Assembly: GCA_963758525.1 (NCBI GenBank)
Contig: CAVWVQ010000003.1
Span: 3,328,001-3,392,000 of the forward strand
Direction: 5' to 3'
Origin: an uncultured Phycisphaerales bacterium
GTDB taxonomy: Bacteria; Planctomycetota; Phycisphaerae; Tepidisphaerales; Tepidisphaeraceae
Length of the DNA stretch: 64,000 bases
Each line of letters begins with the position of its first letter. The first letter of the stretch is position 1. A program made the position numbers and the translations under genes. The notes beneath the pieces are model-generated. The model was not told the origin of the DNA, made no database searches, and saw nothing but the letters and a program-made list of their open reading frames with translations. Positions 51,244-62,560 of this stretch are shown here, piece after piece.

Positions 51244-53003
51244 TCAGAGCCGAAGGCTACCGGGGGAGGAGCCAGGAAGCAGTTTTCCTGACTTCTTCTG
51301 GGCGGACTCGTGGCGTTCGACGGCGTTCTCAATTTCCTCCAAGGCCCGATTAAGGCATCGGTAGAGCTCGCCACTCAGCCATATTGCAATCGGATGCCTC
51401 GCGGTCGTTCCACGCACCGTAGGCGTCGGTTTTGCGAATGTTCGAATCGATTCCTGCAGCCGAAAATCCGCCTTCGTCGTCCGCGAGTGATGCTGGGCAA
51501 ACTCCGCTTCACTGCGAAAAGAATACGCTTCCAGCAAATGTCCGCCGGGATTGTTGTCGTGAATTAACCGCCAGGTTCTCGCGCCGTTGCGCAGACGCTG
51601 CCTGCGCAGTTCGCGCATCGCCGGCGCATGGGCATTGAGTCCCTCTCGCGCCGGCCATTGGACGCTCGTTTCGATCCCGCCGTCGGCTGTTTGGACGATC
51701 GCCGGGGCGCCGGCGGCAAGTGCGTCGCCGCGAATGCGGGCGTGAAATCACTCCCCAGCGCCATGGTCAGACGAAACCGGCCAAAGACCACGAGGCCGAC
51801 GATCATCAGAATTCCCGCCAGCACCAGCGCCTCGGAAATCGAAGTATGCTTGGCGACGGTTCCCCAGATCGCGCTGCCGATGGCCCAGCACCCGAACAGC
51901 GTCGTCATATACATCCCCAGCGCCCGCCCTTTGACCCATCCGGGCACGGAGCGCTGCGTCGCGACATTGAAGTTGGTGGGGATGATGACCCAGTTGAATC
52001 CGATGAACAGCATCAGGATAAACGCCAGCACCGGAATCCGCAGGACGCCCAGCAGGATCAACCCGACGGCAAAGCACAGCGTGCAGGCGGCCACCATCGC
52101 GTCGATCGATAACTTCTGCTGAATTTTCGGCATCATGACGACGCCGACCACCGCGCCTGCGCCGAGACATGTCATCAAAATTCCGTATCCCCCTTCGCCC
52201 ATCCCCAGGCGATCGCTGATCACCGGCAATTGCGCCCACATCGCCACCGCGCAAAGAATGAACGCCGCAACTCGAACGAGAATTGCGATCATCGGCGGAC
52301 TGTAACGCGTGTACTGGAAACCCAGCTTAAATGCCTCCACAAACTGCTCGGCATGCGCAGTCGTGATCTGCTTGGGACGATTCCAGCGATACAGAACATA
52401 TGCCACGCCGAGGAATGTCACGGCATTGAAGACGAACGCCGCCCCCGACCCGCGAACCCCGCCGCCCGCGGCAATCATCACCGTGACGCCCAGTGCCGGG
52501 CCGACGGCGCGCGCCACGTTCAATGCAACGCTATTGAGCGCGACTGCCAACGGCATATCCGCCGGCGCCACCAATTCCGGCACGATCGCCTGAAACGGCG
52601 GCCCGCTCAGTGCGATTCCCACGCCCAGCAAGGCCCAGAAAAACAGCAGCCACCCCGCGCTGATCGTGCCGCATAGCGTCAGAATTCCCAGCGCCCCGGA
52701 CGCACCCAGCATCCAGAGCTGCGTCCAGATCAGCAGCTTGCGCCGGTCCACCACATCCGCCAGCACACCGGCAACGATCGTGAGCAAAAAAATCGGGACA
52801 TTCTCCGCGACCGCAACCAGCGCCACCCATTTGGGGTCGCTGTGCTTGAGCAGCTTCATCAGCCAGGGGCCGCCGGCTTCCTGCGCCCAGGTGCCGATGT
52901 TGGAAACCACCGTTGCGAGCCACAACGCTCGAAAAAGCGGAATGGCTAAGGGGCTCCAGGCTGATTTTTGAGCAACGGGGGCGATAGGAGCAGCTTGCGG
53001 CAT
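51244..53003 (-). CDS. MFS_3 (DUF894) transporter with C-terminal soluble domain (frameshift ~51620-51700)
   Basis: FRALWLATVVSNIG, ADVVDRRKLL, ARAVGPALG, PGWVKGRA; tail MRELRRQRLRNGA..W in ORF 51244..51618. Confidence 0.85.
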
Positions 53004-53075
53004 AGGTTGTCTGGCAGCGCCCAGAACCTAAGTCAGCATTTGTTCTGGTACCGCGCGAATAAGAATGCTGCCAGG

Positions 53076-53495
53076 TTACGGGTTAAGAACCACTTCGCTG
53101 GCGGGGCCGCGGAAAAGCACATCCATGTGGTTGAGAACATCTCGGCCAAGAATGCGCTCACTTCCAGCAAAGTCGGCTTGCATGCGGCACGGACAATTCC
53201 CGTCGTAGGCAAAAGAAGCACGACGAACGCGGGACGGCTGCTCCTCCTTTCCAACGCAGATCAGAAAAGGATGCCGGCCCGACGATTCGGCTGCATGCAG
53301 AACGGCCACTGGGCTATTGCCCGAAGCGATCACCTTGCCGTCGGCAAAACCGATCCACTGGCCTTGGTACTGACTCAGCAGCTTCGCGCGCACAGCCCAA
53401 TAACCAGCCTCGTTTTTGCGCCGGTCAGGATGAATCTGCGCAGCAATCTCGGGTGGCAATCGGTCGGCAATGCTGTTCATGACGCGTCTGGCCAT
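53076..53495 (-). pseudogene. DUF5678-like protein with an apparently internally deleted aspartyl-protease-like C-terminus
   Basis: Y.GQWI....GKVIASG then ILGRDVL, but no DTG motif between them. Confidence 0.5.
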
Positions 53496-53694
53496 AAGCT
53501 GACAACCGGGGCATTCTATCAGTGGGTCGCGGGATTGTCTCCAGATGGATCATTCGCTGACCAAGTGCGATATCTGTCGCTCCTGGTAGGAGAAGCGATC
53601 AAAGATGCCGAACATTGACCGACGATACGAGGTCTGGGGGCGCCGCAGCGGTTGAGTTAAACTAGAAGCGCTGTACGCCGGGAACGGGCTGCAC

Positions 53695-53837
53695 GGGTGT
53701 AACTTTTATTTGTGGCGATTGCAGATTTTGCGATCGTAGGGCGGGATTCATCCCGCCGTTTTCTCAGCCGGCCAACAAATCGGCGGGATGAATCCCGCCC
53801 TACTCGGAGCCGATCGCCACTTTCGAGCGCCACACCC
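53695..53837 (+). mobile_element. MITE copy 3 (143 bp)
   Basis: Same sequence as 28057-28199; 8-bp TSD GGCTGCAC (53687-53694, 53838-53845). Confidence 0.92.
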
Positions 53838-53860
53838 GGCTGCACCAGACTCAGAAAAGA

Positions 53861-55546
53861 ATGTTGACCGCCAACGGTGGCCGGGAGATAATAGCACTAG
53901 TGGGTCGCTTTCGCATTGACAGCCTCGCCGCGCTGGCTCGCCAGATGGCGTTTACGCCGCAGGAGCCTCGCGTAGCGCAAGTCGCTGCCGCGGAAGAACT
54001 TCTGCACTCCATCGAGCCGGGCAAAGGCTATCCGTACTCGTTCGTAGTCTTCCGGATCACTTCATACCACCCCAAGTCGGGACCCGGCGATCTGCTCACC
54101 GGACTGGCCCTGCAGCACGATCTTGGCCTGCTCATTGAACAGGTCAGTGACACACTCAATCTAGCTGCCACCGATCAGAGCGAGCCGGTCTTAGGCATCG
54201 ATCAGGTGGGCGAGCGATTCAACGTCACCAGCAAAACCATCCAACGCTGGCGGCGGAAGGGTTTGCCGGCCCGGCGATTCGTCTTCGCCGACGGCAAGCG
54301 CCGAGTGGGCTTTTTTCTCAGCAGCGTCGAGCGGTTTTTCGCCGGGCATGAAGAGCAAGCGCCTGACGGGACGAAATTCTCGCCGATCCAGCAATCCGAA
54401 TGTGAGGAGATCGTCCGTCGCGCGCGCCGGCTGGCGATTGAAGGCCGCTGCTGCGCTGACGAGATCGCCCGCCGCATCGGCCGGCGCGTGCATCGCTCCC
54501 CCGCCGCGGTGCTGCATGTCCTTTCCATCCATGACGAACGATCCCCTCGCGAAGCAATTCTCCCGAGGGCGCAAGCTCCGGTCACTCCGCTCGAACGAGC
54601 GAAAATACTGGGGAGTCATCGGCGGGGCCTGTCGATCAAAGCGCTGGCTCGCCGGGCGCGTCGCCCCTGGTCGGCGGTCTATCGCGTCGTGCTCGATGCG
54701 CAGGTTGCCCGGCTCGCGCACCGCAAGGTGAAGTTCATCGACGATCCGCTCTATCACCAGCCCGATGCCGCCGGCACGGTCGCGGCCATCGCCGCGCCTT
54801 CGGAGGATCTGCTGGCCCCCCATCGGGCGCACGACGCCCGCGTCCCGCGCGATCTGCCGCCCTATCTGGCGGAGCTCTACCGAACGCCGCTGCTTTCCCC
54901 GGCCCGCGAACGAGCCCTGTTTCTCCAGCTCAACTTTCACAAGTTCCAGTTTGCCAGCGCCCGCCGACGGCTGGATCCCTGCCGGGCGCAGGCGCGCGAT
55001 CTCTCCGAATTGGAACGTCATCTCGCCGCCGCCACGGAAAGCAAGAACGCGATCGTGCGCGCCAACCTTCGCCTGGTCGTCAGCGTCGCCCGCCAGCACC
55101 AGCGCCCCGGCCTGTCACTGATGGAACTGATCAGCGAGGGAAATCTCACGCTGATGCGCGCAGTGGATGGCTTCGACGCCCATCGCGGCAACCGCTTCAG
55201 CACCTACGCCACATTCGCGCTGATGAAGGGCTTCGCCCGCAGCGTTCCCCAGTTGCTCGCCTCCCGCTCCGCTGGAGAGGAAGCCGGCGCGTTGGCCGCG
55301 ATCCCCGATCCCCAATTTCAAGCCGCCGGCCAGCGCATTGCCGACCGCGAGCAGGTCGGCCAGTTGCTTTCCCGCCTCGACGAACGGGAGCGCCGTGTCC
55401 TGCTTGCGCACTACGGTCTCGGTTCCGTACGAGCGCCCGCGACGTTCGAGCAAGTCGGCGAGTCGCTGGGCCTTTCCGGCGTGCGCGTGCGTCAGATCGA
55501 GCAACGCGCCATCGCCAAGCTTCGTCTTGCCGCCGGCGGCGAGTAG
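53861..55546 (+). CDS. Sigma-70 family factor with N-terminal extension and extra HTH motifs
   Basis: ANLRLVVSVA, ELISEGNLTLMRAVDGFD..RGNRFSTYA, region 4 VGESLGLSGVRVRQIE; upstream FNVTSKTIQRWRRKG; start may be GTG 53900. Confidence 0.9.
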   Translation: MLTANGGREIIALVGRFRIDSLAALARQMAFTPQEPRVAQVAAAEELLHSIEPGKGYPYSFVVFRITSYHPKSGPGDLLTGLALQHDLGLLIEQVSDTLNLAATDQSEPVLGIDQVGERFNVTSKTIQRWRRKGLPARRFVFADGKRRVGFFLSSVERFFAGHEEQAPDGTKFSPIQQSECEEIVRRARRLAIEGRCCADEIARRIGRRVHRSPAAVLHVLSIHDERSPREAILPRAQAPVTPLERAKILGSHRRGLSIKALARRARRPWSAVYRVVLDAQVARLAHRKVKFIDDPLYHQPDAAGTVAAIAAPSEDLLAPHRAHDARVPRDLPPYLAELYRTPLLSPARERALFLQLNFHKFQFASARRRLDPCRAQARDLSELERHLAAATESKNAIVRANLRLVVSVARQHQRPGLSLMELISEGNLTLMRAVDGFDAHRGNRFSTYATFALMKGFARSVPQLLASRSAGEEAGALAAIPDPQFQAAGQRIADREQVGQLLSRLDERERRVLLAHYGLGSVRAPATFEQVGESLGLSGVRVRQIEQRAIAKLRLAAGGE

Positions 55547-55589
55547 TGCTTCGGAACCCTGACGTCGAACCACCCGCGGAAATGCCCGA

Positions 55590-55871
55590 ATGACCAAACC
55601 CGAACCCCCCCATGCAGCACTCCCCGAACGCGATCAACCCAGTCTTCACGAAGTGATTCGGACAATCCTTCTGAGGAAGAAGAACCGCACTGCCAGCTTC
55701 ATCACCATCAGCAACGAAAATCAACGGAACGATCTCTATCGCCGACCGGCGGACGGCAAGCATCCCAACGCGGTCCAGATCCGGGCACGGGCTGCGAAAT
55801 ATCACAAGCTCTTCAAAAGAATCGGGGGCGGGGAAGTGCAGTACATCGGACCGATTCCGCCCGCGGTGTAG
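55590..55871 (+). CDS. Small hypothetical protein
   Basis: 93 aa, LHEVI..IL...LY.R.D......Q.RAR..KY..LF, HTH-like; starts within a heptamer repeat fragment. Confidence 0.5.
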   Translation: MTKPEPPHAALPERDQPSLHEVIRTILLRKKNRTASFITISNENQRNDLYRRPADGKHPNAVQIRARAAKYHKLFKRIGGGEVQYIGPIPPAV

Positions 55872-55878
55872 TGCATAT

Positions 55879-56085
55879 AAACCCGAATTCCGAAACCAGA
55901 AACCAGAATCAAACAATCAAACCAGAATGACGAATGACCGAATGAAGATCATGCCGGACAGTCGACGTAGTGCTGATTTGACGCTCGCACAGCCGAGGGC
56001 GGCGGTGCCACATCTCCCCATTCAGTCATTCGTCATTCTGATTTGATACTTTGATTCGGGGATTCTGGTTTCGTCATTCGGCTTT
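55879..56085. repeat. Empty heptamer inverted-repeat element
   Basis: Arms 55879-55944 and 56019-56085 homologous to the four-helix-bundle arms, ~75-bp spacer. Confidence 0.8.
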
Positions 56086-56140
56086 GGCGTGAAGTTCGCG
56101 CGCCTTGCACGACGCGCCAAATTTCCGCATCCTCTCCCCC

Positions 56141-56704
56141 ATGAGTCCAAATGCCCCCAAGCAAATCGTCACCAGCGGCAAATACGTGAATCTCGCCACG
56201 CGGGGCGGCTGGGAATTTGTCGAGCGGAAGAACATCTGCGGCATCGTCGGAATCGTCGCGGTAACCGACGCGGGAAAGATTCTGCTGATCGAGCAATACC
56301 GCCCGCCGATGGACAAGGTGGTCTTCGAGCTGCCGGCCGGGCTCGCGGGAGACATCAAGGGGAGCGAGACGGAAGACCTGGCGATTGCCGCCCGGCGGGA
56401 ACTGCTGGAGGAAACCGGATACGAGGCGCGGGATATGATTCGCCTCGCGGACGGCGCATCGTCAGCCGGCATCACCGACGAAGTCGTCACGCTGTTCCGC
56501 GCGACCGGCCTGCGCAAGACCGGCCCCGGCGGCGGTGACGGAAATGAGCAGCTTGTGTTGCACGAAGTCCCGCTGGCCCAAGTAAATGATTGGCTCGCCG
56601 AGCGCTGCCGCGGCGGGGCGGCGGTCGATATGAAGGTCTACAGCGGGCTCTATTTTGCGCAGCCCATCCCCGCGCCCTTGCCCGGCAACCCACTGCACCG
56701 GTAG
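56141..56704 (+). CDS. NUDIX hydrolase (ADP-ribose pyrophosphatase-like)
   Basis: EQYRPP, ELPAGL...AARRELLEETGY Nudix box, S.GITDE. Confidence 0.92.
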   Translation: MSPNAPKQIVTSGKYVNLATRGGWEFVERKNICGIVGIVAVTDAGKILLIEQYRPPMDKVVFELPAGLAGDIKGSETEDLAIAARRELLEETGYEARDMIRLADGASSAGITDEVVTLFRATGLRKTGPGGGDGNEQLVLHEVPLAQVNDWLAERCRGGAAVDMKVYSGLYFAQPIPAPLPGNPLHR

Positions 56705-56717
56705 AGTTTCGCCCCGA

Positions 56718-57716
56718 GTGACCAACAAAGCCCCCATCCGACTCGGGTTGTGCGCCATCTTCGCAGCAGCGGCCACGCTGTGGCTGCCGATGCCCGAATC
56801 GCACGCCGACGATCAACCGCCGGCAGCGCCCCTCTCGCTGGTCGCGTCGCCGGCGCAGGCTCCCGCGCAGCCGGGCAGTCGCGTTGCCGACGCTTATTCC
56901 CCGGTGCGTTTGGCGATTGTCGATGAGCCGGAGAGCGTCTATCCCCAGATCATTGCCCCCCAGTCGCAGGAGCCTTTCAACGCCGGCTCGGTCAGTTTCG
57001 ATCTTTCCGTCTCCTATCTGAGCCGATACGTTTTCCGCGGGATCGATCAGGCGACGCTTCCCGGGAACAACTCGGAAAATTCCCTCCAATTCAACGGCGC
57101 CGCCGAGTTCGACCTGGGCCGGATTCCGCATCCGTTTATCGGGCTGTTCGTGAACGTCTTCAACAACGACCCGGTTTCGCGTTTCGAGGAAGTGCGGCCG
57201 GTGGCGGGACTGCGCTGGATCATCAAGCCGCTGACCGTGATCGCCCAATACACATCCTACATCTTCCCGAATCGCAAGAGCCTGGACACGCAGGAGGGAA
57301 TGCTCCGCCTCGAACTCGATGACTCGCGGCTCTGGAACACCGACAAGCCCGTCATTTCTCCCTATATCCTGGCTGCATACGATTTCGACCGATATTACGG
57401 CGTCTATCTCGAAGTCGGCCTGAAGCACGATTTTGCGATCGAGGAGACCGGCCTGACCATCACTCCCTCCGCGTCCATCGCCTATGTCCTCAGCGACAGC
57501 TATTTTCGCGAAACTCCCAACGGCAGCGACACCGGCCTGCAGCATTTTGAGGTGGGTCTGACCGTTTCCTACTCTCTCAACAACCTGCTCAACATTCCCC
57601 GTCGTTTTGGCCAGTTCAACATCAAAGGCTATCTCTTCGACGACGGCGGCATCGATTCCAAGCTCCGCGCCGACACCCGTCTCTTCGGCGGCGCGGGAAT
57701 CGATTTTCAATATTGA
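56718..57716 (+). CDS. Putative outer-membrane beta-barrel (TorF/Gcw_chp-like)
   Basis: Signal peptide, SRYVFRGIDQ motif, amphipathic strands, C-terminal GIDFQY. Confidence 0.65.
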   Translation: MTNKAPIRLGLCAIFAAAATLWLPMPESHADDQPPAAPLSLVASPAQAPAQPGSRVADAYSPVRLAIVDEPESVYPQIIAPQSQEPFNAGSVSFDLSVSYLSRYVFRGIDQATLPGNNSENSLQFNGAAEFDLGRIPHPFIGLFVNVFNNDPVSRFEEVRPVAGLRWIIKPLTVIAQYTSYIFPNRKSLDTQEGMLRLELDDSRLWNTDKPVISPYILAAYDFDRYYGVYLEVGLKHDFAIEETGLTITPSASIAYVLSDSYFRETPNGSDTGLQHFEVGLTVSYSLNNLLNIPRRFGQFNIKGYLFDDGGIDSKLRADTRLFGGAGIDFQY

Positions 57717-57950
57717 ATCCGGCAAGCAATCGTGGTGCAGCCGTCCATCCTGCCGTCATTAAAACCACCAGCCCATGGCACTCCGCGGGCTGGGTGGGCG
57801 ATCGAATCCAATCGCCGCGCGGGATTTCCCTACATCACCGTAGGGAAAGCTTGCAGGAATGACACTTGGCGGTTGATAATTGCCATAGCCTCTGTCTGAT
57901 CGGATAAGAAGCTTCCAAGCTGCGGGAAGACGGCTTTTCCTGACACTTCA

Positions 57951-58054
57951 CTAAATGAACGTGCGCGATTACGCGCACGTGCGAGCAGTATGCTGCCCTT
58001 AGGGCAGCCGCTAAACGGTTTTTGGAAGCGCGTAATCGCGCAAGGTCATATAGC
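57951..58054 (+). mobile_element. 104-bp MITE with 26-bp imperfect TIR, copy 1
   Basis: CTAAATGAACGTGCGCGATTACGCGC / CTATATGACCTTGCGCGATTACGCGC ends; central GCTGCCCTTAGGGCAGC hairpin; inverse copy at 63081-63184. Confidence 0.8.
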
Positions 58055-58059
58055 GCCCA

Positions 58060-61000
58060 ATGTCAATTCCCCGGTCGTTTCACCTCGGTCTGCCGATGCT
58101 GCTGATATCGGCCTTGTACGCGATCGCATCGGCCGATCAGTGGCAGCCGAAATGCGCGGTGATTGTCGACGTGTCGTCCGCGCCGTCGGGAAACGCGATA
58201 GCAACGCTCGTTGAGGCGAAGCTGTCGGAGCAGAACATCCGCCTCGTTGATCGGCAGACGATCGATCGCATCCTGCCGGAACAGTACCTCTCCAAGACTG
58301 GATTGGTCGATGCGCAGCACGCGGTGCAGACGGGGAAACTGCTCTCGGCGGATCTATTGGCGTTTGTCAGCACGTCCCCCGATGGCAGCGCGTTGACCGT
58401 TTTCGACGCGGGAACGGGCGCTCGCCTGGAGGACGAGGCGGCGACAGCCGTCGAAACCGCTTTGGCAGACGAGTTTGCGCGTGGAATCGTTCGCGCTATC
58501 CAGAAGCGCACCCGCGAACGGGGCGGAGGCGCCGCGGGGTTGAGAACCGTCTGTCTGCAGACCGTTCGCAATGCCGATCTTCCGCTGGGGAAGCAATCGG
58601 TCGCGCGTGCCGCCGGCGAAATCCTGATGCGGCGATTGGCCGCATCCGCGGACGTGGCCGTGCTGGAGCGCAAGCGCCTCAATCATGTGACGCAGGAGCG
58701 AGAACTCACCGGCGTTGACGAGGCGCTAATCGCGTCGACAGTTTCGATCGAGCTGCAGATTGCCCGCAGCGCAGGGAACAGCGGCATCGATGTCAGCGCC
58801 GTCCTGGACTATGGAAAAGGCGAACGCAAGGCGGTTCCCGCGGTTCAGGTGGGCAGCGAAAATCCGGACGACATCGCCAGGGCGATTCTGCCGGGAATTT
58901 CAGAAATGCTGGCGGTGACCCGTCCGTCCCCGTCCACGGCAGCAGAGCGTGAGGCCGAGTCGAAGCGCTTCGCGCGGGAAGCGATGCTGCAATGGAGTCA
59001 TCAGGAAGTTGATGGAGCGCTCGACGCTGCCCAGGCCGCATACGCGATGAACCCCGGCGATTTTCATTGCGGCGCGCTGCGGGCGCGGGCGCTGGTGGTG
59101 TCGGGATTGGCACAAGTGTGTTACGGCGACTTTGCCGATCCGGCGCTCTCCCCGCAGCCGTATATGAAGGAGCATCCGGACGCATTGATGCCATCGCTGC
59201 AACTGGTCGGAGAAGCATGCGATGCGCTTGAAACGTTGGAAGTCGGCGCCAGCGCGGTCGCTGCGGCAAGTGGGCCGGCGGCTTTGCGGCTGATGACGCC
59301 GCTGGATCGCGATCCCCTTGGCGTCAATGCCCAAACGCTGTTGCGGCGGTATTTGTGTGCGCTCCGCTCCGAGATGCCAAAGGGCACTGCATCCTGGACC
59401 GGAATTTCCCCGTACATCACCGGCCCCGATCAGACGGCCCTGTTGAAGCAGATCAGGCAGCGGTTTCGGCATCGAAGATTCGATTTGGAGCGGGAATATG
59501 CGCGCAGCTCGTAAGCGACCGCCGGAGTCTCAGCGCATACGAAGCGTTCCTGGAGGACTTGTTTCACGATTCGCGATGCGCGTGGTTCGAGGATGGAAAG
59601 CAGTGGACTTTGGAGTGGGCGATTCTGCTGGCCGACTGGACGGCGCTGGAAAAACAATACGGGCCGCCCCCGCTGATGGAAACGCCGATTCCCGAGGCGG
59701 TGGCGCAGATCGCGCTGAGGTACGCGTATTTCCACAACCGAACAACGCCATGGGACTACGCGTGGAGGATGACGCCCGACGATTGGCAACGTCTGGTGGA
59801 CGCCACCGCGGCGTTCAGGGACCTGCCGGGCGTCCGGTCGCACCGCCTCGCGGATGCCATGCGCGACTATGCCGGACCATACATTCATCCGCAAAACGTC
59901 AGCGCAATCAGCAATCGGCCGGCTGACGCTCCGGCGCCGCCCGCACGGCATCTGATCGCGCCCCAACCGATTCAAACCGAGACCGCGCAAGCGCCGACCG
60001 CAGGTCCCGGAACCAATTGGCCGGACGCAAAGCTTCTCGCAGACGCCGATGCCCAGGACGTTTACCGCGCGGCTCCCGGCAACCGCGGCGTGGAATTCCC
60101 GCTGGTGGATCGGGCGGCGAATACGGCTTACGGGTTGTCGTTCGCAACGCCAGCCGATCGCCGCGAACCATCGCGATTGAATTTAATTCGCTTCGACCTC
60201 GCAACCGGGTCGTCGCAGCGCGTCTGCTCTTATGCCGCGACAAGCTCCGCTGATCGGCCGGTGGGATGGAGGATCGAAAGGCTCTCGCTGGATTGCGCTG
60301 AATTGACGCCAGGCTGTTACCTGTACTGCAATGCGGACCAGGGAGTGTTTCTGTTTCCCACATCGGGCGAACCGGTGCTGACGGTCGATCGTTTTACGGC
60401 AAAACTCCCGGACGGATCTTTTCAGGCCGCGACGCTGTTGGACAACACCGTATATCTGGCGGTGGGCCAGCCAAGTCGCGACGGTTACCTGCTTTCGCTG
60501 AATCTCAAAGACCAGACATTGCGAACGCTGGCATCGAGTCGGCGACTGTCGACAACCGCGCCGGCGAGCGCGGGCGGCGCTGTCGCCCCCGCCACGCAGG
60601 CGGCGGGGTCACCCTTTGATGACGCGCCGCCGCTGATTGCGTGGCGCATGCGCGCCGACCCGCCGCGCCATCGCATCGTGCTGCTGGTTTCAAATCCCTC
60701 CTGGCCAAACGGGATGAGCGGTTGGTGGGAGTTCAAGCCGGCGTCCGGCCAATTCAAGTTGCTGGCCCCCCTCGATATGACGCGCGAGACCGATCGCTCT
60801 TCAAGCGGCGACTGGCAATCGCCCTGCGGGACGGATCGCATCGCGTTTGCCACCATAACCAATCGAGCCGCCGTGCTGGATCTTGCAACAGATCGCGTCT
60901 CGCCCATGCCCTCGGTCCCGCGCGCGCCCGATGATGCCAGCCCAAAAAACGCTTCCGCGGATCGCCCGGCGCTCGGTTTTCCACTGGTCCCGGCGGATGA

Positions 61001-62399
61001 ATGGATCTGGGGGAAATTCGGGCGGTATCGCGTCGTGCATGCAACCGGACGCAAGGACTCGATCGAACTACAGAGTTTCAAGCCGCTGACGTCTGAGAAT
61101 AGTCAGTGGGGACGTTGGCCGGGCGTTCTCGAACCGATTGATGATGATCATGTAATCATTGGCGACAAGGGCAGCCTCTGGCTGCTCCACGTGCCTTCGC
61201 AAGACCCGGCGGCCATGTCGCGGCTCCTGCAGCCTCCGCGTCCGATGTACGTTTCGGTCGAGCCGGCGGGAAAGCCGCCAGTCGATGCCCATCTCCCCTG
61301 GACTTCAGTGACGACGATTTGCGACGCCGCTCGCGGAATCAATTTGGGCGAGGATTCACCGCGGTTTCTGCTGGCGCCGCAGATTGTTGGTGACGATGCA
61401 TATGTGTTTGCTGCCGGGAGCGCTGGGCATCCTGACGGCGGCGTTCTGCTCAAATTCTCTCTGCTCGACGGAAAACGGACCGGGCTGGGAACAGCGTATG
61501 CACCTCAACTGGACTTGCGCTCCGGCACGCTTGCCGAGCGAACGACTGTTCATCTGGGCGGATGCAGTTCTTGTATCGATGATCACAATTACTATCTGGT
61601 CGTCCCCAACAATCTGATCCTTGCGTTTCCCCTCGGCGGAGGCGCGCCGCGGCAGTTTCCTTTCGGCGGGTTCGTCTCGCAGATCGCGGCGATTTCCGAC
61701 ACTTTGTTCGTGATCGAACGGATTCCTCATCCGCGAACGCAAGAGCAGGATTTCCCCGGATGGACGGAGCGATTGGTTCGGATCAATCTTGCCACCGGCG
61801 TCCGTGAAGCGCTGCCATTGCTGAATGCCTCATCTGACTCAGGCGTGCTGCCTGCGGTGAACCTGATGCGAGCGGATGCGCGGCGGGGGCGGGTGCTGTT
61901 TTTCATCGATCATTCGGGCAAGGTGAATCCGGGTACGTCGGGGCTATGGAGCTGCGCGCCCGCCGGAGCGCCGTGCCGCCTCGACCCGTTCGACATCTGG
62001 TCGGCCACCGGCGAATGCTTCGGAGCAGCGGGCGACTGGGCCGGCGAAATCGACGGTGATGCCTGGCTGCTGCTCTCCAGCAACGGCGCGGTGCGGGTTC
62101 ATCTGAATCCGCTGCATATCGAGCGCCTGTGGCAAGTGGAGCCCAAAGGCGAATCCGCGCTCGGAGCGAGCTACGACTTCCGCGCGCCGATCGCAGTCGT
62201 CGACGGCTGGCTCTGGGATCAGACATTCAGACGTGCAAAGCTGGATGGAACGGCATTCGAACAGCTTCCGTACCTGCGAACGATGCATTCGCCGCAGTAT
62301 GCGCTGGGAGCGCAAACAATGCGCGTCCTCCACGGAGGCGATCAATTATTCGTGGCAGATAATTGCGGGATGTGGGTTGTGAAGTTGCGAAATCGCTGA
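58060..62399 (+). CDS. Large secreted protein: CsgG/HfaB-like N-terminal domains plus beta-rich C-terminus (frameshift near 59503)
   Basis: Signal peptide, LVDRQTIDRIL.EQ...G.LLSAD and VLERKRL..V.QE; ORFs 58060..59514 and 59355..62399 join at a CGCG run. Confidence 0.7.
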
Positions 62400-62524
62400 G
62401 CAGTGCGGCGGTCAAAGTTCCCGCGAAGGGCAAGCCACTCCCGGCACGTTCGGCAAGATCGTAACGGCGATCTCCCTCGCGCTCGTTCCCCTCCGTACCC
62501 AAATGCTTTCCCTCTAATGCCTTC

Positions 62525-62556
62525 CCCTTCGTGCCTCCGTGCCTCCGTGCCTTCCC
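62525..62556. repeat. GTGCCTYC octamer tandem repeat
   Basis: Inverse of 36988-37019, just downstream of the atpC stop. Confidence 0.6.
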
Positions 62557-62560
62557 CCCT

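Noticed and set aside
57990..58214. Duplicated ORF MLPLGQPLNGFWKR (57990, 62993)
   Set aside because: Translation of the 104-bp MITE
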